Positions 49,967 through 53,515 of a stretch of 53,515 bases of DNA are shown here, one piece after another. Position 1 is the stretch's first letter, and each line of letters opens with the position of its first letter. A program made the translations under genes and the position numbers. The stretch spans positions 1 to 53,515 of the forward strand of contig JACROI010000032.1 in assembly GCA_016214465.1 (NCBI GenBank), given 5' to 3'. Source of the DNA: Candidatus Magasanikiibacteriota bacterium. GTDB lineage: Bacteria > Patescibacteriota > Patescibacteriia > Magasanikbacterales > UBA10003. The notes below the pieces were generated by a model, which was not told the origin of the DNA, did no database searches, and saw nothing but the letters and a program-made list of their open reading frames with translations.

Positions 49967-50383
49967 ATGCCTACAATTCATCAATTGATTAAAAAAGGAC
50001 GGCATTCTATTAAAAAGAAAAGTAAGGCCCCGGCTATGCAACATGGGCTTGATACCTTACATCGTCGTCGCACTGATTTGGCAGGCGGTCGGCCGTTTTT
50101 GCGTGGAGTGTGCGTGAAGGTAACAACCATGACCCCGAAAAAACCAAACTCAGCGTTGCGCAAGATTGCTCGCGTGCGCTTGTCAAATGGCATGGAAGTG
50201 ACTGCTTATATTCCCGGAGTCGGTCATAATTTGCAAGAACATTCCATCGTAATGTTGCGCGGCGGACGCGTTAAGGACTTGCCTGGCGTGCGCTATCACA
50301 TTGTGCGCGGCATTTATGATACACAAGGCGTGGCCAATAGGAAACGCAGCCGTTCTTTATACGGCGCGAAGAAAGGAAAATAA
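49967..50383 (+). CDS. rpsL: 30S ribosomal protein S12
   Basis: [12 protein letters not shown]...[60 protein letters not shown]. Confidence 0.95.
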   Translation: MPTIHQLIKKGRHSIKKKSKAPAMQHGLDTLHRRRTDLAGGRPFLRGVCVKVTTMTPKKPNSALRKIARVRLSNGMEVTAYIPGVGHNLQEHSIVMLRGGRVKDLPGVRYHIVRGIYDTQGVANRKRSRSLYGAKKGK

Positions 50384-50387
50384 ATAT

Positions 50388-50858
50388 ATGCGTGGAAAAC
50401 AAGCGCCAAAAAGAAATATATTGCCGGATCCGAAATATCAAAATATTTTGTTAGCCAAATTTATTAATTTTGTCATGCGCAAAGGAAAGAAAATCACGGC
50501 GCAGAAAATTGTCTACGGAGCTTTTGACTTGATTAAAGAAAAAACCAAAAAAGATCCTTTGGAAACATTTGACGAAGCAATAAAAAATGTGAGTCCGCAA
50601 ATGGAAACCAAGTCCCGTCGTGTTGGCGGAGCCAATTATCAGGTGCCTATGCCTGTTAGAGGCGAGCGCCGTAATGGTTTATCTTTTCGTTGGATTATCG
50701 CCGCATCACAAGCGCGTAAAGGCAAACCAATGCACATAAATTTAGCAGAGGAACTTATGGCCGCCGCCCAAAATCAGGGTGAAGCAGTTAGAAAAAAACA
50801 AGATATGCACCGTATGGCCGAAGCCAATCGCGCTTTTGCTCATTTTGCCAGATTTTAA
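50388..50858 (+). CDS. rpsG: 30S ribosomal protein S7
   Basis: [35 protein letters not shown]...[14 protein letters not shown]... Confidence 0.95.
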   Translation: MRGKQAPKRNILPDPKYQNILLAKFINFVMRKGKKITAQKIVYGAFDLIKEKTKKDPLETFDEAIKNVSPQMETKSRRVGGANYQVPMPVRGERRNGLSFRWIIAASQARKGKPMHINLAEELMAAAQNQGEAVRKKQDMHRMAEANRAFAHFARF

Positions 50859-50867
50859 GCTTTATTT

Positions 50868-52946
50868 ATGCCCAGAGAATATTCATTGGAAAAGACCCGT
50901 AATATCGGCATTATTGCTCATATTGACGCCGGTAAAACCACTGTTTCCGAGCGTGTTTTGTTTTATACCGGAAAAAAACATAAAATCGGCGAGGTGCACG
51001 AAGGAGCCACCACTATGGATTGGATGGAGCAAGAACGGGAGCGCGGTATTACCATTACTTCGGCCGCTACCACTTGTTTTTGGAAGGACTGCCGAATTAA
51101 TTTGATTGACACTCCCGGGCATATTGATTTTACCGTTGAGGTGAAACGGTCTTTGCGTGTTTTGGACGGAGCGGTGGTAATTTTTGACGGCGTGGCCGGA
51201 GTGGAGCCGCAATCGGAAACCAACTGGCGCTATGCTGATGAATATAAAGTGCCGCGCATTTGTTTCATTAATAAATTGGACAGAATGGGCGCGAATTTTT
51301 TCAATGATGTTAAATCCATTCACGAACGACTTACAAAAAATGCCATACCATTGCAATTGCCAATCGGCACAGAGGCAAATTTTAAAGGAGTGGTTGATTT
51401 GCTTACCAATAAATCCTATGTCTATATGGATGACATGGGCAAAGAGATTGTGGAGGGCGAAGTTCCGGATGACATGAAAGAAATTGTCGGGCAGTATCGC
51501 GCCGATTTGATAGAAAAAATTTCTGAGAACGATGAAAAACTTTTGAATAAATATTTGGCCGGTGAAGAAATTCCGGTTGAAGATTTGAAAAGGGTTTTGC
51601 GTCAAGCCGTGGTCAATTTTGAAATTGTGCCGATTCTTTGCGGTTCGGCTTTGAAAAACAAAGGCGTGCAGTTTATGCTTGACGCGGTGGTTGATTATTT
51701 GCCAACTCCTTTGGATGTGGCAGCTCCGCATGGTTTTGATCCGAACCATAAAGAAAATGACATTGAAGTTAAAGTAACTGATGACGCGCCATTTGTGGCT
51801 CTGGCTTTTAAAATCGCGGCTGATCCTTTTATTGGTAAATTGGCTTTTTTTCGCGTTTATTCAGGCAAATTGCAAGCCGGATCTTATGTGTTTAATACCA
51901 CTACCGGTGAGCGCGAACGCATTGGCCGTTTAGTGAGGATGCATGCCAATCATCGTGAAGATATTGATGAAGTCTACGCTGGGGATATCGCGGCCGCAGT
52001 CGGGTTGAAAAATACTTTTACCGGCCACACGCTTTGCGATCCCGAACATCCTATAATGTTGGAATCAATCATATTTCCAGAACCGGTTATTTCAATTGCC
52101 ATTGAACCAAAAACCAAAGTTGATCAGGAAAAAATGGGCATGGCCATGCAGAAATTGGCTGAAGAAGATCCGACTTTTCGCATTAAAACCGATGAAGATA
52201 CTTTGCAAACAATTATTTCCGGCATGGGTGAATTGCATTTGGATATTATTGTTGACAGAATGAAGCGTGAATTTAAAGTTGAAGCCAATGTTGGCCGGCC
52301 GCAAGTTGCTTACAAAGAAGCGATTAAGCACGAGGCCGAGGGCGAAGGTAAATATATTCGTCAATCGGGCGGTCGTGGTCAGTATGGCCATTGCTGGTTG
52401 AAAATTGAGCCAATGGAGCGCGGCAAGGGTTTTGAATTTGTTGATGAAATCAAGGGCGGAGTTGTGCCAAGAGAATATATTCCTGCAATTCAAAAGGGTG
52501 TGAAAGACGCGCTGGATAAGGGCGTGCTCGCCGGATATCCTTTGGTTGATATCAGGGCTACTGTTTTTGACGGTTCATATCATGAAGTTGATTCTTCGGA
52601 AATGTCTTTTAAAATGGCCGGTTCTTTTGCTTTGCAAGAGGCGGTTAAAAAAGCCGGACCAATGATTTTGGAGCCGGTGATGAAAGTGGAGGTTATCACC
52701 TCCGAACAATTTATGGGCGATGTGATTGGTAATTTGAATTCCAAACGCGGACAAATTATGGAAATGCGTGATCGTCCGGGCGTGAAAATAATTGACGCCA
52801 TGGTGCCTTTGGCAGAAATGTTCGGCTATGCCACTGATTTGCGCTCTATGACCCAAGGCCGTGCTTCATATTCCATGGAATTTGCCAATTACGCGGAAGT
52901 GCCGCAGAATGTGGCCAAAGAAATTATTGAAGGAAAGAGGAAATAA
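50868..52946 (+). CDS. fusA: Translation elongation factor G
   Basis: G1 [28 protein letters not shown] and NKLDR are present, followed by the full EF-G domain II-V pattern. Confidence 0.97.
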   Translation: MPREYSLEKTRNIGIIAHIDAGKTTVSERVLFYTGKKHKIGEVHEGATTMDWMEQERERGITITSAATTCFWKDCRINLIDTPGHIDFTVEVKRSLRVLDGAVVIFDGVAGVEPQSETNWRYADEYKVPRICFINKLDRMGANFFNDVKSIHERLTKNAIPLQLPIGTEANFKGVVDLLTNKSYVYMDDMGKEIVEGEVPDDMKEIVGQYRADLIEKISENDEKLLNKYLAGEEIPVEDLKRVLRQAVVNFEIVPILCGSALKNKGVQFMLDAVVDYLPTPLDVAAPHGFDPNHKENDIEVKVTDDAPFVALAFKIAADPFIGKLAFFRVYSGKLQAGSYVFNTTTGERERIGRLVRMHANHREDIDEVYAGDIAAAVGLKNTFTGHTLCDPEHPIMLESIIFPEPVISIAIEPKTKVDQEKMGMAMQKLAEEDPTFRIKTDEDTLQTIISGMGELHLDIIVDRMKREFKVEANVGRPQVAYKEAIKHEAEGEGKYIRQSGGRGQYGHCWLKIEPMERGKGFEFVDEIKGGVVPREYIPAIQKGVKDALDKGVLAGYPLVDIRATVFDGSYHEVDSSEMSFKMAGSFALQEAVKKAGPMILEPVMKVEVITSEQFMGDVIGNLNSKRGQIMEMRDRPGVKIIDAMVPLAEMFGYATDLRSMTQGRASYSMEFANYAEVPQNVAKEIIEGKRK

Positions 52947-53049
52947 TAATCACGGCTTTGTTTTAGCGGTTTTTACGCTGTCATTTAGCAAGACCATTAA
53001 AATAAAGCTGGGAATTGGTCCTGGTATATAACAACCAAGGAGGTTCGTC

Positions 53050-53515
53050 ATGTATCGCAAGTTATCTTTCTGGTTCTGGACATCGGCCTTGCTGGCAGTC
53101 TGGGTCGGTATTGTCTATGTTATTATCATCGCCTGTGTTGGCAATTGCTCGGAGAAAGGCCGGCTTGAGCGGAAAGCTAAGAGCGAGGCAGACAAGATCG
53201 TCGCCTCGTACGGCTACACGGTGGTGGAAGATGTTGCACCGACACTCAAATCGGTCAGCGACCTCGAACTCGTTTCCTTCTTGGAGCCGGGCGAGCCCTT
53301 CGTCACCGGCTCGGTGATACGCCAACGCGCCGTCACCCTCAAGGCTAATCTTGGCCTTGTCGATGCCAAGTACCTGCTGGATCACCAATCGGAAATCCCG
53401 ACTGAATTCAGAAGCAATTTACTCGTGTTCGCCGGTACACTTTTGCGCGACTCGTACGGCCGCCTGCCTTTGGCCTATCTTTGCTGGCCGGGAGGCCGCT
53501 GGCGCTTGGACTTCC
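53050..53515 (+). CDS. GC-rich hypothetical membrane-anchored protein (3' end outside window)
   Basis: It is not in the ORF track because it has no stop in the window. A strong RBS aaggagg (53037-53043) lies 6 nt before the ATG at 53050. The frame is open to the window end. Hand translation gives MYRKLSFWFWTSALLAVWVGIVYVIIIACVGNCSEKG..., with an N-terminal TM. Confidence 0.6.
   Translation, partial: MYRKLSFWFWTSALLAVWVGIVYVIIIACVGNCSEKGRLERKAKSEADKIVASYGYTVVEDVAPTLKSVSDLELVSFLEPGEPFVTGSVIRQRAVTLKANLGLVDAKYLLDHQSEIPTEFRSNLLVFAGTLLRDSYGRLPLAYLCWPGGRWRLDF

Noticed and set aside
53015-53388. ORF-track entries 53015-53317 (+) and 53062-53388 (-)
   Set aside because: They are Arg/Ser/Pro-rich off-frame and antisense shadows in a GC-rich segment. 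The frame starting at 53050 has a canonical RBS, a TM helix and normal composition, and it stays open to the window end.

Overview
This is a 53.5-kb window from an AT-rich, compact bacterial genome, coded almost entirely on the plus strand. It uses the standard code (TGA acts as a stop). The gene style fits a Candidate Phyla Radiation / Patescibacteria-type organism: small genes, tiny or overlapping intergenic gaps, many N-terminally anchored extracytoplasmic proteins and near-consensus sigma70 promoters. That placement is inference only.

Housekeeping content:
- argS (3' part), tRNA-Val(TAC) and tRNA-Leu(GAG)
- YraN, nusA, yidC, rpmB, and rpsL-rpsG-fusA
- an orphan sensor kinase, a bactofilin, secreted BNR/Ig-like proteins and an O-antigen-ligase-like protein

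Two accessory regions stand out.

(1) 11.0-19.3 kb holds a complete diversity-generating retroelement (DGR).
- One template repeat (TR, 14294-14414) matches two variable repeats (VR1 13697-13816, VR2 19150-19270).
- All 14 TR/VR mismatches fall on TR adenines.
- A DGR-type reverse transcriptase and an Avd-like four-helix-bundle gene are present.
- The targets are not surface proteins. One is a cytoplasmic AAA+ ATPase fusion and the other a stand-alone paralogue of its C-terminal domain.
- A transglutaminase-vWA protein is encoded between the RT and the second target.
- avd lies antisense inside the TR-RT spacer.

(2) 24.4-48.9 kb is a long metal / thiol-redox island.
- A BlaI/BlaR1-like pair has a shared candidate operator on its own promoter and on the next operon.
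- Two membrane-anchored proteins end in the same unexplained LP[SN]MVGGC C-terminus.
- Thiol-redox genes include a double-CxxC thioredoxin-fold protein, two DUF1573 proteins, DUF3105, two CcdA/DsbD-like proteins and a redoxin.
- Regulatory and metal-binding genes include CsoR with a textbook promoter/operator and YHS/TRASH proteins.
- Transport and detoxification genes include a HlyD-MacB-type pump whose ATPase carries an N-terminal YHS domain, CopA, a MerA-like reductase and a CopB-like ATPase with a CPD motif.
- No merR/T/P genes are recognisable.

Both window ends carry visibly GC-richer segments (about 1.2-2.4 kb and 53.05 kb to the end). These suggest horizontal acquisition or an assembly chimera.

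All coordinates of small motifs were counted by hand. All family assignments rest on motif recognition, not on searches.
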